From Candidatus Omnitrophota bacterium (GTDB lineage: Bacteria > Omnitrophota > Gorgyraeia > Pluralincolimonadales > Pluralincolimonadaceae), in NCBI GenBank assembly GCA_003141835.1, contig PLNR01000005.1, forward strand, positions 190,289-254,288: 64,000 bases of DNA, written 5' to 3'. The notes below the pieces were generated by a model. It worked only from the letters and a program-made list of their open reading frames with translations, ran no database searches and was not told the DNA's origin. The position numbers were made by a program, and so were the translations under genes. Below are positions 23,359 through 32,258 of the stretch, one piece after another. The first letter of the stretch is position 1; each line of letters begins with the position of its first letter.

Positions 23359-25056
23359 ATGCCGAAGGGAGAGAAGAAGTCTCTTGGCGAAGCCCTGGTA
23401 GAACGCGGCCTTGTTACTCCCGAAAAACTCAAGAAGGCGAAGGATGAGGCCGACAGGGCAAAAGAGCCGCTTCGCCGCGTCCTGATAAGGCTGGGCATGG
23501 TCGAAGAGGGTGCGATCATATCCTTTTTCGAGCAGCAGCTCGGCATCCCGCGCATAGATTTTTCGAATTATCTCCTGGATCCCAAAGTCGTCGATATCCT
23601 GCCCGAGAATTTCTGCAGAAAGAACATGATCATCCCGGTATTCAAGATAGGCGGGACGCTGACCATCGCCATGGTGGACCCGCTGGATATCTTTGTCCTC
23701 GACGAGGTCCGCCTTAAGACCAAATGCGAAGTAGAGCCGGTCGTTGTCCATGAGAGGGACCTCATCAGGATCTTCGACCAGTATTACGGCGCGCGGGGCA
23801 CGATGGACGACATCGTAAAATCCCTCGATAAGGATAAATTGCAGATAAAAGAGGGCGCAGAGACCGACATCAAGACGCTGCAGGGGCTCGTCGAGGAAGC
23901 GCCGATAGTAAAGCTCGTCAACCTCCTGATAAGCGAGGCGATAAAGGCAGGGGCCTCGGATATACACATAGAACCCGATGAGCTTTCCCTTGGGACGAGA
24001 TACAGGGTGGACGGCGTCCTCCATGAGGTGACTTCCCCGCCGAAGGACCTCCAGTCGGCGATAATTTCAAGGATAAAGATCCTCTCGGGGATGGATATCG
24101 CGGAGAGGAGGGTGCCCCAGGACGGCAGGTTCCAGCTGAAGATCGAGAATCGCCAGATAGACTGCAGGGTTTCCACCATTCCCACCGTTTACGGCGAAAA
24201 TGTGGTCATAAGGCTCCTCGACCTGAACAGCATACTTTTGGGGCTGAGCGACCTCGGTTTCTCCAGCGAGATGCTTCCGGTATATGAGAAACTTATACGC
24301 AAACCTTACGGCATAATCCTCGTCACCGGCCCGACCGGCTCCGGCAAGACGACCACGCTCTACTCCTCGTTAAGCACCATAAATTCACCGGAAAAGAATA
24401 TCGTGACGATAGAGGACCCGATCGAATACAGGCTGAAGCTCGTCCGGCAGATGCAAATAAATACGAAGGCCGGGCTCACCTTCGCGAACGGCCTGCGTTC
24501 CATCCTGCGGCAGGACCCGGATATCATAATGGTCGGCGAGATCCGCGACCTTGACACCGCCGAGATCGCGATACAGGCGGCGCTCACCGGCCACCTCGTG
24601 TTATCCACGCTGCATACCAATGACGCCCCCGGCGCGATCGCGCGCCTCGTGGATATGGGCGTCGAGCCGTTTTTGGTCAGCTCATCGGTCTCGGCCGTCA
24701 TAGCCCAGAGGCTCGTCCGCGTAATATGCAAGGATTGCAGGGAGAACTACGTCCCCTCCGCGAAATTATCGGAGGAGGTGGGCCTGTCATCATCCAAACA
24801 GGTAAAATTTTACCGCGGCAAAGGCTGCGATAATTGCCTGCACACCGGGTATAAGGGGAGGGTCGGCATATTCGAGTTGATGCTGCCCGACGACGTCATA
24901 AGGACGCTTACCGTCGCAAAATCCTCTTCCACCGAGATACGGAAGGCCGCTATCAAGGCCGGGATGAAGACGATGCAGCAGGACGGCATAGAGAAGGTCA
25001 AGGCCGGGATCACGACCTTGGAGGAAGTCTTGCGGGTCACCCAACAGGAAGAATAA
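23359..25056 (+). CDS. pilB: Type IV pilus / T2SS assembly ATPase (PilB/GspE)
   Basis: MshEN-like N-terminus, ASDIHIEP, GPTGSGKTT, LRQDPD, TGHLVLSTLHTN, Zn-binding Cys; ATG 23359 best spaced from AGGAG. Confidence 0.9.
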   Translation: MPKGEKKSLGEALVERGLVTPEKLKKAKDEADRAKEPLRRVLIRLGMVEEGAIISFFEQQLGIPRIDFSNYLLDPKVVDILPENFCRKNMIIPVFKIGGTLTIAMVDPLDIFVLDEVRLKTKCEVEPVVVHERDLIRIFDQYYGARGTMDDIVKSLDKDKLQIKEGAETDIKTLQGLVEEAPIVKLVNLLISEAIKAGASDIHIEPDELSLGTRYRVDGVLHEVTSPPKDLQSAIISRIKILSGMDIAERRVPQDGRFQLKIENRQIDCRVSTIPTVYGENVVIRLLDLNSILLGLSDLGFSSEMLPVYEKLIRKPYGIILVTGPTGSGKTTTLYSSLSTINSPEKNIVTIEDPIEYRLKLVRQMQINTKAGLTFANGLRSILRQDPDIIMVGEIRDLDTAEIAIQAALTGHLVLSTLHTNDAPGAIARLVDMGVEPFLVSSSVSAVIAQRLVRVICKDCRENYVPSAKLSEEVGLSSSKQVKFYRGKGCDNCLHTGYKGRVGIFELMLPDDVIRTLTVAKSSSTEIRKAAIKAGMKTMQQDGIEKVKAGITTLEEVLRVTQQEE

Positions 25057-25058
25057 AT

Positions 25059-26273
25059 ATGCCCCTCTATCGCTATAAGGCAAGAGACGGGATGGGAAAA
25101 CTGGTCGAAGGGGTCATGGAGGCCCCGGCCGAACCCGATCTCGTGGAAAAGCTGCGCAAGATGGGATATGTGATAACCGGGGTTTCGGCCGCCTCCGACA
25201 AGTTCTCTATCGGGGAATTCCTAGGCGGGTTCAGCAGCATAAATCCCGAAGACATGATCTTTTTTAATATACAGTTATCGAATATGCTCGATGCGGGATT
25301 ACCTCTTTTAACCTCGCTGCGCACCATCTCAGCGCAGACGGAGAACAGGACGCTGAAGAAATTACTCGAAGACGTCACGTTAAAAGTCGAGACCGGCTCT
25401 TCCCTGTCCGAGGCGCTTATGGCCCACCCGATGACTTTTTCGAGGCTTACGATAAGCATGGTCAAGGCTGGGGAAGCGAGCGGCAACCTGGGCCTTGTAT
25501 TGAAGAGGCTTGCCGATTTCGGCGAGAGCGAACTGGACCTCAGGCAGAAGGTCAGCGGAGCGTTATTATATCCCGCGGTCCTCTCCGTAGCCGCGACAGC
25601 AGTAATATTATTCATAGTGACGTTCATCATACCGAAGTTCGCGGACATATTCGTCAGGGCCAATATCCCGCTCCCGTTTGTCACGCGTATCCTCTTCGGT
25701 GCGGGGATGACGATAAAGGACTACTGGTACATTTTCGTCCTCGGTGCGACGGCATTATTCCTGGCCGCGCGGATATACGTTAATACCCGCGGCGGGCGTT
25801 TCAGGTTCGATGCCCTTAAACTCGCCATCCCGGTGGTCGGGCCGCTCATCCGCAAAGCGTCCATAGCGAAGTTCGCCCGGATGTTGTCCACCCTTTCGGC
25901 CAGCGGCGTGGATATACTCGAATCGTTGGAGATACTTGAGGTGACTATCGGCAATGAGGTCCTGTCGCGCGTGGTCGTGAAAGTGCGCGACGCGGTGCGC
26001 GGCGGCAGCAAGATATCCGAGACGCTGAGAGTGAGTGCGGAGTTCCCTCCGGATACTGTCCAGATGATCGCGGCAGGCGAGGAGACCGGCAACCTTGACG
26101 TCATGTTGAACAAGGTGGCCGATTTTTATGAGGCGGCCGTCGCTTACAATATAAAAAGGCTCACGTCCCTTCTCGAGCCGGCATTTTTGTTGATAATGGG
26201 TTGTGTCGTGGCCGTCATCATGGCTTCGATATTGGTACCGATGTTCGATCTGGTAAAAGTGTTAAGAAGGTGA
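25059..26273 (+). CDS. pilC: Inner-membrane platform protein (PilC/GspF)
   Basis: Two T2SSF repeats (GEASGNL, GEETGNL), ALLYP, LLEP. Confidence 0.92.
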   Translation: MPLYRYKARDGMGKLVEGVMEAPAEPDLVEKLRKMGYVITGVSAASDKFSIGEFLGGFSSINPEDMIFFNIQLSNMLDAGLPLLTSLRTISAQTENRTLKKLLEDVTLKVETGSSLSEALMAHPMTFSRLTISMVKAGEASGNLGLVLKRLADFGESELDLRQKVSGALLYPAVLSVAATAVILFIVTFIIPKFADIFVRANIPLPFVTRILFGAGMTIKDYWYIFVLGATALFLAARIYVNTRGGRFRFDALKLAIPVVGPLIRKASIAKFARMLSTLSASGVDILESLEILEVTIGNEVLSRVVVKVRDAVRGGSKISETLRVSAEFPPDTVQMIAAGEETGNLDVMLNKVADFYEAAVAYNIKRLTSLLEPAFLLIMGCVVAVIMASILVPMFDLVKVLRR

Positions 26274-26354
26274 TGGTTGATGTATATGCATCAACCAGAA
26301 TAGTAGATGTTAGCCATCTACTATGAGTGGTAGATGTTCACCATCTACCATCAA
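26274..26354. repeat. Three tandem palindromic units, 27-bp period
   Basis: TGGTTGATG-N6-CATCAACCA, (A)TAGTAGATG-N5-CATCTACTA(T), TGGTAGATG-N5-CATCTACCA with cores starting at 26274, 26301 and 26328. Confidence 0.92.
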
Positions 26355-26371
26355 CAAAAGGAGGAAGTAAG

Positions 26372-26830
26372 ATGAGGAAGGGGTTTACGCTTGTAGAACT
26401 TCTTATCGTCATCATGGTCATCGCGATATTGATAGGCATCGCGCTGCCGAGGTTCGGGGGTATGCGCGACGAGGGCAACACGACCAAGGCTGCCGCGGAG
26501 TTGAGGACATTGCAGGCCGCGGTCGAGTCGCGGTATATGCACACCAACCCGCATGCTTACCCGGTAGCCGGTGGTACCTGGGAGACAGCGTTGACGTTGA
26601 CGACGGTCGTGCCGCAGATAATCGGCGCTCCCCTGTATGACCCGTTCGGCGCTAACTCGACGACGCAGTACAGATATGCGCTCAACGGCGCATATTATGT
26701 CATATGGTCTCTCGGGCCCAACAGGACGTCCACGATAACCGGCATCAGCGCCACAGGAACGGTGGCCCCGGCCGCTACAGGCGACGACATATTCGTCTCG
26801 AACGGCACGCCTGGTTCGGGAGGTTTTTGA
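26372..26830 (+). CDS. Major type IV pilin / pseudopilin
   Basis: MRKG/FTLVELLIVIMVIAIL prepilin motif; strong AGGAGG RBS; DPFG...Y..WSLGPN pseudopilin-like motif. Confidence 0.88.
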   Translation: MRKGFTLVELLIVIMVIAILIGIALPRFGGMRDEGNTTKAAAELRTLQAAVESRYMHTNPHAYPVAGGTWETALTLTTVVPQIIGAPLYDPFGANSTTQYRYALNGAYYVIWSLGPNRTSTITGISATGTVAPAATGDDIFVSNGTPGSGGF

Positions 26831-26833
26831 CCT

Positions 26834-27202
26834 TTGTTCAAAGTCGGCGCGCGCGGTTTTACGCTGATAGAGATCCTGATCGTGATCGCTTTTTTTGCGG
26901 CAGGCGCGGTAGTCCTTTTGCAGATATTCAGCATGGGGCTTTACGGCAGCGTCGATAATGAGAATACCATGATAGCTACCGCGCTTGCGCAGGAGAAGAT
27001 GGAAGAGATGCGCAATGAGCCTTATACCTCGATAGTGCCCGAGGTACGCGCGCAGGTCCCGAATTATACCTCCTTTGACAGGGAGATACTGGTCACCGCG
27101 CCGGTATCTAACCTTAAGCAGGTGACGGTCAATATCTACTGGAACGGGAAGACCGGCGACGTGAAGATATCATTGGTTACGTATGTATCGAATATCATTT
27201 AA
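26834..27202 (+). CDS. Minor pilin (PilV/GspI-like)
   Basis: G/FTLIE, A..LAQEKMEE; TTG start after GGAGG. Confidence 0.8.
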   Translation: MFKVGARGFTLIEILIVIAFFAAGAVVLLQIFSMGLYGSVDNENTMIATALAQEKMEEMRNEPYTSIVPEVRAQVPNYTSFDREILVTAPVSNLKQVTVNIYWNGKTGDVKISLVTYVSNII

Positions 27203-27704
27203 GGGCAGGCCGGGTTTTACCGTAGCGGAGCTTATAATCGCTTCGGCGCTCGTATCGGTCTTGATGGGCGCCATACTGATAACTTTCGTTATCGGGCTGA
27301 AGATATGGGGCTCGGAAATGACGAGGACCGCTTTCATAAAAGATATCTCTTATAGCATGCAGGTCATATCTGAGGACCTGAGGCAAGCGACTTCTTTTGT
27401 CCCGGTCACAAACAGGAACAGGATAGGTTTCCTCGCGGATGTCAACGGGGACGGTTCTCCCGAGACTGTCCGGTATAGCGTCGCCGGCGGAAATCTCCTG
27501 CGCACACAAAACGGCACCGCGACGCCTGTCCTGGCAAGGAACGTGCAGGCCATTACGTTCAGGTATTACAGGCCCGACGATAACATTAACCCGATGGGTG
27601 TTGTGAACCGGGCGCAGATAAGGGTCGTCGAGATAGATCTCGTGCTGACGAACGGGAGCGAGTCCATGCAATTCACTACCAGGGTCAGGCCGAGGGGGAT
27701 ATGA
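27183..27704 (+). CDS. Minor pilin (PilW/GspJ-like)
   Basis: G/FTVAEL, I.EDLRQA, beta-rich C-terminus. Confidence 0.8.
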   Translation: MYRISFKGRPGFTVAELIIASALVSVLMGAILITFVIGLKIWGSEMTRTAFIKDISYSMQVISEDLRQATSFVPVTNRNRIGFLADVNGDGSPETVRYSVAGGNLLRTQNGTATPVLARNVQAITFRYYRPDDNINPMGVVNRAQIRVVEIDLVLTNGSESMQFTTRVRPRGI

Positions 27705-28117
27705 GCAGACGCGGTTTTGTGTTGATAATGACATTTATATTTATGCTGGCCCTTGCGGCCATAGCAATGGTTACGCTCTCGCTCGTCTCATCCAATACGA
27801 GGTTCACGGGATCCCAGCTTGACGGAACAAAGGCGCTATACCTGGCGCAAGCCGGGATTGAAAGCGTATTAAGGAGCGTCCGCGACGGGCACACGCCGCC
27901 GTCACTGCCTCCGGCCATAACGCTCGGGGACGGGACGGTGGAATACCTGTCGGTAGGCTTTCCCGCTCCGAATACATTAAACATAGACCTGCTGGGCAAG
28001 ATCCCGGTTGATTCCTCATCGGGAAAAGAGATAAAAGCGCACGTAGTCGCAGTTTATTCGGACACAGGCAACGGCAAATTTACTACCTGCGCTTCCTGGA
28101 AAGAGAATTACGAATGA
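27701..28117 (+). CDS. Minor pilin (PilX/GspK-like)
   Basis: G/FVLIM lacking Glu5; KALYLAQAGIE. Confidence 0.78.
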   Translation: MSRRGFVLIMTFIFMLALAAIAMVTLSLVSSNTRFTGSQLDGTKALYLAQAGIESVLRSVRDGHTPPSLPPAITLGDGTVEYLSVGFPAPNTLNIDLLGKIPVDSSSGKEIKAHVVAVYSDTGNGKFTTCASWKENYE

Positions 28118-29553
28118 TGAACTTTAAGAAAAAAGATACCTATATCGGGGTAGATTTCGGTTTCTCTGCGATAAAGGCCGTCGAGATAGAAGCCGGTCCG
28201 GCCGGAGAACTCATTTTAAAGAGGGCGACCCTCGTCCCGAAAGAAGAAGGGGTAAAGAAGGCCGTTGCCGGAATGCCCGTAAGATCGGCCAGGGTCAATG
28301 TCGTCGCAGATTGCCCGGAAGGCTGCCTGCGCTATTTCACGCTCCCGAAGATGTCGGACCGGGAGATACCCGAGGCGGTTAGGTGGCAGGTGAAAGAGAA
28401 GGCATCCCTTCCGCTTGACGAGCTCCTTATGGATTATAAACTGCAGGATATCGTTGAGGCCGGCGTAAGCAAATACAAAGTAAAACTGGCCGTGATGCCG
28501 GCAAAGTCCGTTGACGGCGTCGTAAGGCTCATGGGCGAGGCGGGCATCAGCCCGGTCGCCCTCTTCCCGCCGCCGCTTGCCATAGAAAAACTTTCGGGCC
28601 GCATGGGCCTGAAACGGGACGAGACCGTTGCGATCGTGGATATCGGGAATGACAGTACCGGGATAAATATCATAAAGGGTAACTCCCTTGTTTTTGCAAG
28701 GAAGGTCAATCCGGGCGGCGCGGCGATCACCAAAGACCTTAACCGCCAGGCGGCGGAACGGCTGGTCCGGGAGATCGAGAGGTCATTCCATTACTATGGT
28801 GACGAATCATCCGGTGACAAGGTCAGGTCGCTCATCCTTACAGGAGGCGGCGCGGCGATCAAAGGGCTGGCCGGGTTTTTACAGGAGAACCTCGGTGTCC
28901 CTGCCTCGGAAGGCGATCCTTTTAAGGGGATCACTTTGGAAAAGGGCGCGCTCGCCGATCCGGCATGGCCGGCCGGAGCCTTCGCCAATGCCATAGGCGC
29001 TGCTTTAAGCGAAGGACGGGGGATCAATCTCCTGCCTCCGGAATTGAAACAAAAGACTATACGAATGTTCGAGAAGGCCGCAGTCGAGTCGGTAATAGCG
29101 GCGGTGGCCGTTTCCCTGGTCCTCTCTTTTATCGGCATCAGGATGCAACTCTCCAACTATGATAAGAAGATAGCTTACGCGACGGGAGAACTGACCGCCA
29201 TGAAGCCGCAATTGGAGATAGCTGCCCATTACGAGCGCATGGCCAGGGAGCTCTCCGAAAGGAATGCGTTCGTCTATTCGGTCTCCTCAGGTATCCCGCC
29301 GTGGAAAGAGGTGCTGAAGGAGCTTAGTAACAGGCTCCCGAAATACGCGGTCCTCTCGGGCCTGAAGGCGGACGCGGGTAGTTTAGAGATAAACGGCCAG
29401 GTCACAGGTGACGTAAAGGACCGCGAAAAAGCCCTATCCGGCATCATAAAGTCGCTTGAGGGAGGCATGTTCAAGAACGTGACGCTCGTGAACGCCAAGA
29501 TGGGCGAGGGCACGAATTCAAATACGGAGTTCGATATAAAATGCTCGTTCTGA
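28114..29553 (+). CDS. pilM: PilM-PilN fusion (GspL-like architecture)
   Basis: IGVDFG..IKAVE, VDIG, LTGGGA (PilM); then INLLP, TM and PilN-like domain. Confidence 0.82.
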   Translation: MMNFKKKDTYIGVDFGFSAIKAVEIEAGPAGELILKRATLVPKEEGVKKAVAGMPVRSARVNVVADCPEGCLRYFTLPKMSDREIPEAVRWQVKEKASLPLDELLMDYKLQDIVEAGVSKYKVKLAVMPAKSVDGVVRLMGEAGISPVALFPPPLAIEKLSGRMGLKRDETVAIVDIGNDSTGINIIKGNSLVFARKVNPGGAAITKDLNRQAAERLVREIERSFHYYGDESSGDKVRSLILTGGGAAIKGLAGFLQENLGVPASEGDPFKGITLEKGALADPAWPAGAFANAIGAALSEGRGINLLPPELKQKTIRMFEKAAVESVIAAVAVSLVLSFIGIRMQLSNYDKKIAYATGELTAMKPQLEIAAHYERMARELSERNAFVYSVSSGIPPWKEVLKELSNRLPKYAVLSGLKADAGSLEINGQVTGDVKDREKALSGIIKSLEGGMFKNVTLVNAKMGEGTNSNTEFDIKCSF

Positions 29554-30125
29554 AAAAAATGGGATCTTTTAAGGAGAACAAGGCGGCGATCGTCGTCATC
29601 TCGGGGATCGTCGTATTCATTGTCCTGTTCGCGGTGATCTTCGCCCCGGCGAGGAAGGACCTGGCCGGGAAGAAGGAGATGTACCGGGAACTGGAAGTCC
29701 AGCTTACCGACGGCCGGAATAAACTTTCCGCGGCCAAATCGGACAAGGCCGGTGTCGAGGCGAAAGTCGGGGAGCTGCGCAGGCGGCTTCCTCCGAAGAG
29801 CCCGACGGCGGCGATACTGGAGGAGTTGTCGAAGAAAGGGAAGGGGCTCAATATAGATTTCATTTCGATATCGCCCCAGCCTGCCGAACCGCTCCCGGAC
29901 GTCTCCGCAGCATTCAACTGCAAGGCGCTGCCCATAACCATAAAAATGAAGGCGGCCTATAAGAGCCTCGGGGATTATCTCGGGTCGCTGGATAACCTCG
30001 AGAGCAGTTTTGTGACCGTCCCGGAATTACAGGTCGCAAAAGACGAAAGGACATTCCCGAAACTGACGGTAGATATGAAGGTTTACACGTATATCCTGGA
30101 AGAGGCCGAAAGTGGACAAGAATAA
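29541..30125 (+). CDS. pilO: PilO-like protein
   Basis: N-terminal TM, coiled coil, LP motif, LPITI...Y..LG.Y; true start could be ATG 29559. Confidence 0.78.
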   Translation: MLVLKKMGSFKENKAAIVVISGIVVFIVLFAVIFAPARKDLAGKKEMYRELEVQLTDGRNKLSAAKSDKAGVEAKVGELRRRLPPKSPTAAILEELSKKGKGLNIDFISISPQPAEPLPDVSAAFNCKALPITIKMKAAYKSLGDYLGSLDNLESSFVTVPELQVAKDERTFPKLTVDMKVYTYILEEAESGQE

Positions 30126-30525
30126 ACAGCAATTAGCCGTTCTTGGAGTAGTCATCGCGATATTTATTGTCGTCACCGCGATTGCCGTCCTGAAGCCGCG
30201 CGCCAAAATACCGGAACAGGCAAAAGCCGTTCCTGCGGCCGCAGCCCCGGTCCAAAAGCCCGCCCCCCAGAGAGAGCGGATGGTAAGCTCATTCAACTCC
30301 TGGGGCAGGGACCCGTTCGCGACCGGCGGCGGGTCTGCGGAACAGGGCGGACCGGCGTCGCTCAGCGGGATCTTCTGCGACTCCAAGAAAAGCTACTGTA
30401 TAATAGACGGCAAGGTGGCGAAGGTGGGCGACGAGGTCTCGGGATACAAGATATTGGAGATAACGAAGGATACCGTTACCGTCAAGGCCGGTGATGAGAT
30501 AAGGACGCTCAGAATAGGCCATTAA
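30112..30525 (+). CDS. PilP/GspC-like protein
   Basis: TM, GRDPF, LSGI, IIDG...VGD; position after pilO. Confidence 0.7.
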   Translation: MDKNKQQLAVLGVVIAIFIVVTAIAVLKPRAKIPEQAKAVPAAAAPVQKPAPQRERMVSSFNSWGRDPFATGGGSAEQGGPASLSGIFCDSKKSYCIIDGKVAKVGDEVSGYKILEITKDTVTVKAGDEIRTLRIGH

Positions 30526-30528
30526 AAC

Positions 30529-30557
30529 TTGACTGGGGGCCTATCTTCTGCTATCAT
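30529..30557 (+). promoter_or_regulatory. Sigma70-type promoter for lpxL-lpt genes
   Basis: TTGACT-17 bp-TATCAT with extended -10 TG. Confidence 0.65.
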
Positions 30558-30565
30558 AACGCGTT

Positions 30566-31462
30566 GTGAAGCACAGAATCAGGAGAAGGTATCTTTACTA
30601 CCTTCTTAGGACAGCCAGTTTTATCTCGCTTCTCTTCCCGATAAAAATTAACAAATTTTTAGGCAGGCGGATGGGGGAGTGCGCCTTTTTTTTGGTGCCC
30701 GCCCACAGGAAGAGCGCGATAGAGAACCTAAAGGTAGCGTTCAAAGGAGAGAAGACCGAAGCCGAGATAAGGGCCATCGCCAAGGGGATCTTCCGCAATT
30801 TAGGCGAGAACCTTTTTGAGATATTAAGCGCTTCTAAACTGACCCCTCGGAACATAGACAGGCACGTCAGGATAAGAGGCCTCGATATAGTAGACAAAGC
30901 TCTTTCACAGAAGAGGGGTTTTATCGTCCTTTCGGCGCATTTCGGCAATTGGGAGCTCCTTGCCGGATGGTTCGGCCTCAAGAAATATCCGGTGAATGTC
31001 CTCGCCCGGAGGCTGCGTTACGAAAAATTCGATGATTGGATAAACAGCCTGCGCCGGAAGATGGGCGTCAACGTCGTGATGAGGGACGAGTCGCCCAGGA
31101 CGATCCTTAAGCTGCTGAAGGACGGGCAGTCGATAGCTATCCTTGCCGACCAGGACATCTCCTCCGTCGAGGGGGTTTTTGTGGATTTCTTCGGGCATCC
31201 GGCTTATACGCCGACAGCTCCGGTCATCCTAGCCCTCGCCACGGCCGTGCCGATAATACCGATGTTCATCGTGCGCGAAGGCAACAGCCACACCATATAC
31301 GTCGAGGAGCCGCTCGAGCTCGAGATAACCGGCAACAAAGAGAACGACATAAAAGTAAATACGGAAAAATGGTCTAAGGTCGTCGAATCGTATATACGGA
31401 AGTACCCGTCGCAATGGGTCTGGGTCCATAACAGGTGGAAGACGAAAAATGAAGATAACTAG
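30566..31462 (+). CDS. Lipid A late acyltransferase (LpxL/HtrB family)
   Basis: HFGNWE, ADQD, FFG.PA.T, QWVWVHNRWK. Confidence 0.88.
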   Translation: MKHRIRRRYLYYLLRTASFISLLFPIKINKFLGRRMGECAFFLVPAHRKSAIENLKVAFKGEKTEAEIRAIAKGIFRNLGENLFEILSASKLTPRNIDRHVRIRGLDIVDKALSQKRGFIVLSAHFGNWELLAGWFGLKKYPVNVLARRLRYEKFDDWINSLRRKMGVNVVMRDESPRTILKLLKDGQSIAILADQDISSVEGVFVDFFGHPAYTPTAPVILALATAVPIIPMFIVREGNSHTIYVEEPLELEITGNKENDIKVNTEKWSKVVESYIRKYPSQWVWVHNRWKTKNEDN

Positions 31463-32243
31463 AAGCGGGTTGGCCGTCGCGTTGTTAACTGCGTTCCTGT
31501 TCACAGGATGTGAGAGCAAACAGGCGAAGGCGCCGGCCCCGTCCCAGGCCGACCTGGAGGCGAACCTCTCCGGCGACCAGAAGATGATGGCCTTCTCGCT
31601 CTCCGGTTTCGAGAAGACAGGCAAGAAGAAGTGGGAGGTCCAGGGCAAATCTGCGGATATCGTCTCCGAGGTGGTCAACCTCACCGATGTAGTCGCGAAA
31701 GCCTACGGCGACCAGACCGACATGACGCTTACGGCCGACAAGGGCTCATTCAACAGGGCGACCAACGACGCGCATTTCGAGTCGAACGTAGTAGTCAGCG
31801 GCACGAACGGCACGGAGATGAAGACGGACGCCCTGGATTGGAAGAACACCGACCAGAAGGTCACCACCGATAAGCCGGTCGTGATGAAATCCGACGCGAA
31901 GGGCAAGGGAAGCGCCGAGCTTGCGACCAAGACGCCCACGACGATAACCTGCGACGGGCCGATGGAGATAGATTACGGCAAGAGCTATGCCGTCTTTAAC
32001 AAGAACGTCAAGGTCGACGATGACCGCGGGCAGCTGTTTTGCGACATGGCAACCGCTTATTACGATACCAAGACGAAGCAGGTCTCAAGGATAGTAGCTA
32101 AGGGCAACGTGAAGATAATGCGGGAAGGCAGCTGGACGTACAGCGACGAGGCGACATACCTCGCGCCTGAGCAGAAGGTCATCCTCACGGGTTCTCCGAA
32201 AGTGATGATCTATCCCGATCAGAAGAAGGCCGCGCAAAAATAA
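31449..32243 (+). CDS. lptC: LptC-LptA-like double beta-jellyroll lipoprotein
   Basis: Lipobox FTGC; KKWEVQGKSA...LTADKG...NVVV (LptC-like), then ITCD...F.KNVKV...AKGNVKI...LTGSP (LptA/OstA-like); precedes lptB. Confidence 0.72.
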   Translation: MKITRSGLAVALLTAFLFTGCESKQAKAPAPSQADLEANLSGDQKMMAFSLSGFEKTGKKKWEVQGKSADIVSEVVNLTDVVAKAYGDQTDMTLTADKGSFNRATNDAHFESNVVVSGTNGTEMKTDALDWKNTDQKVTTDKPVVMKSDAKGKGSAELATKTPTTITCDGPMEIDYGKSYAVFNKNVKVDDDRGQLFCDMATAYYDTKTKQVSRIVAKGNVKIMREGSWTYSDEATYLAPEQKVILTGSPKVMIYPDQKKAAQK

Positions 32244-32258
32244 GGATCTACTGAGGTA

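Noticed and set aside
26274-26354. CRISPR mini-array (ATCTAC...GTAGAT resembles a Cas12a repeat stem)
   Set aside because: Units abut with only 3-6 variable nt, so there are no spacer-length sequences, and no cas genes are in the window
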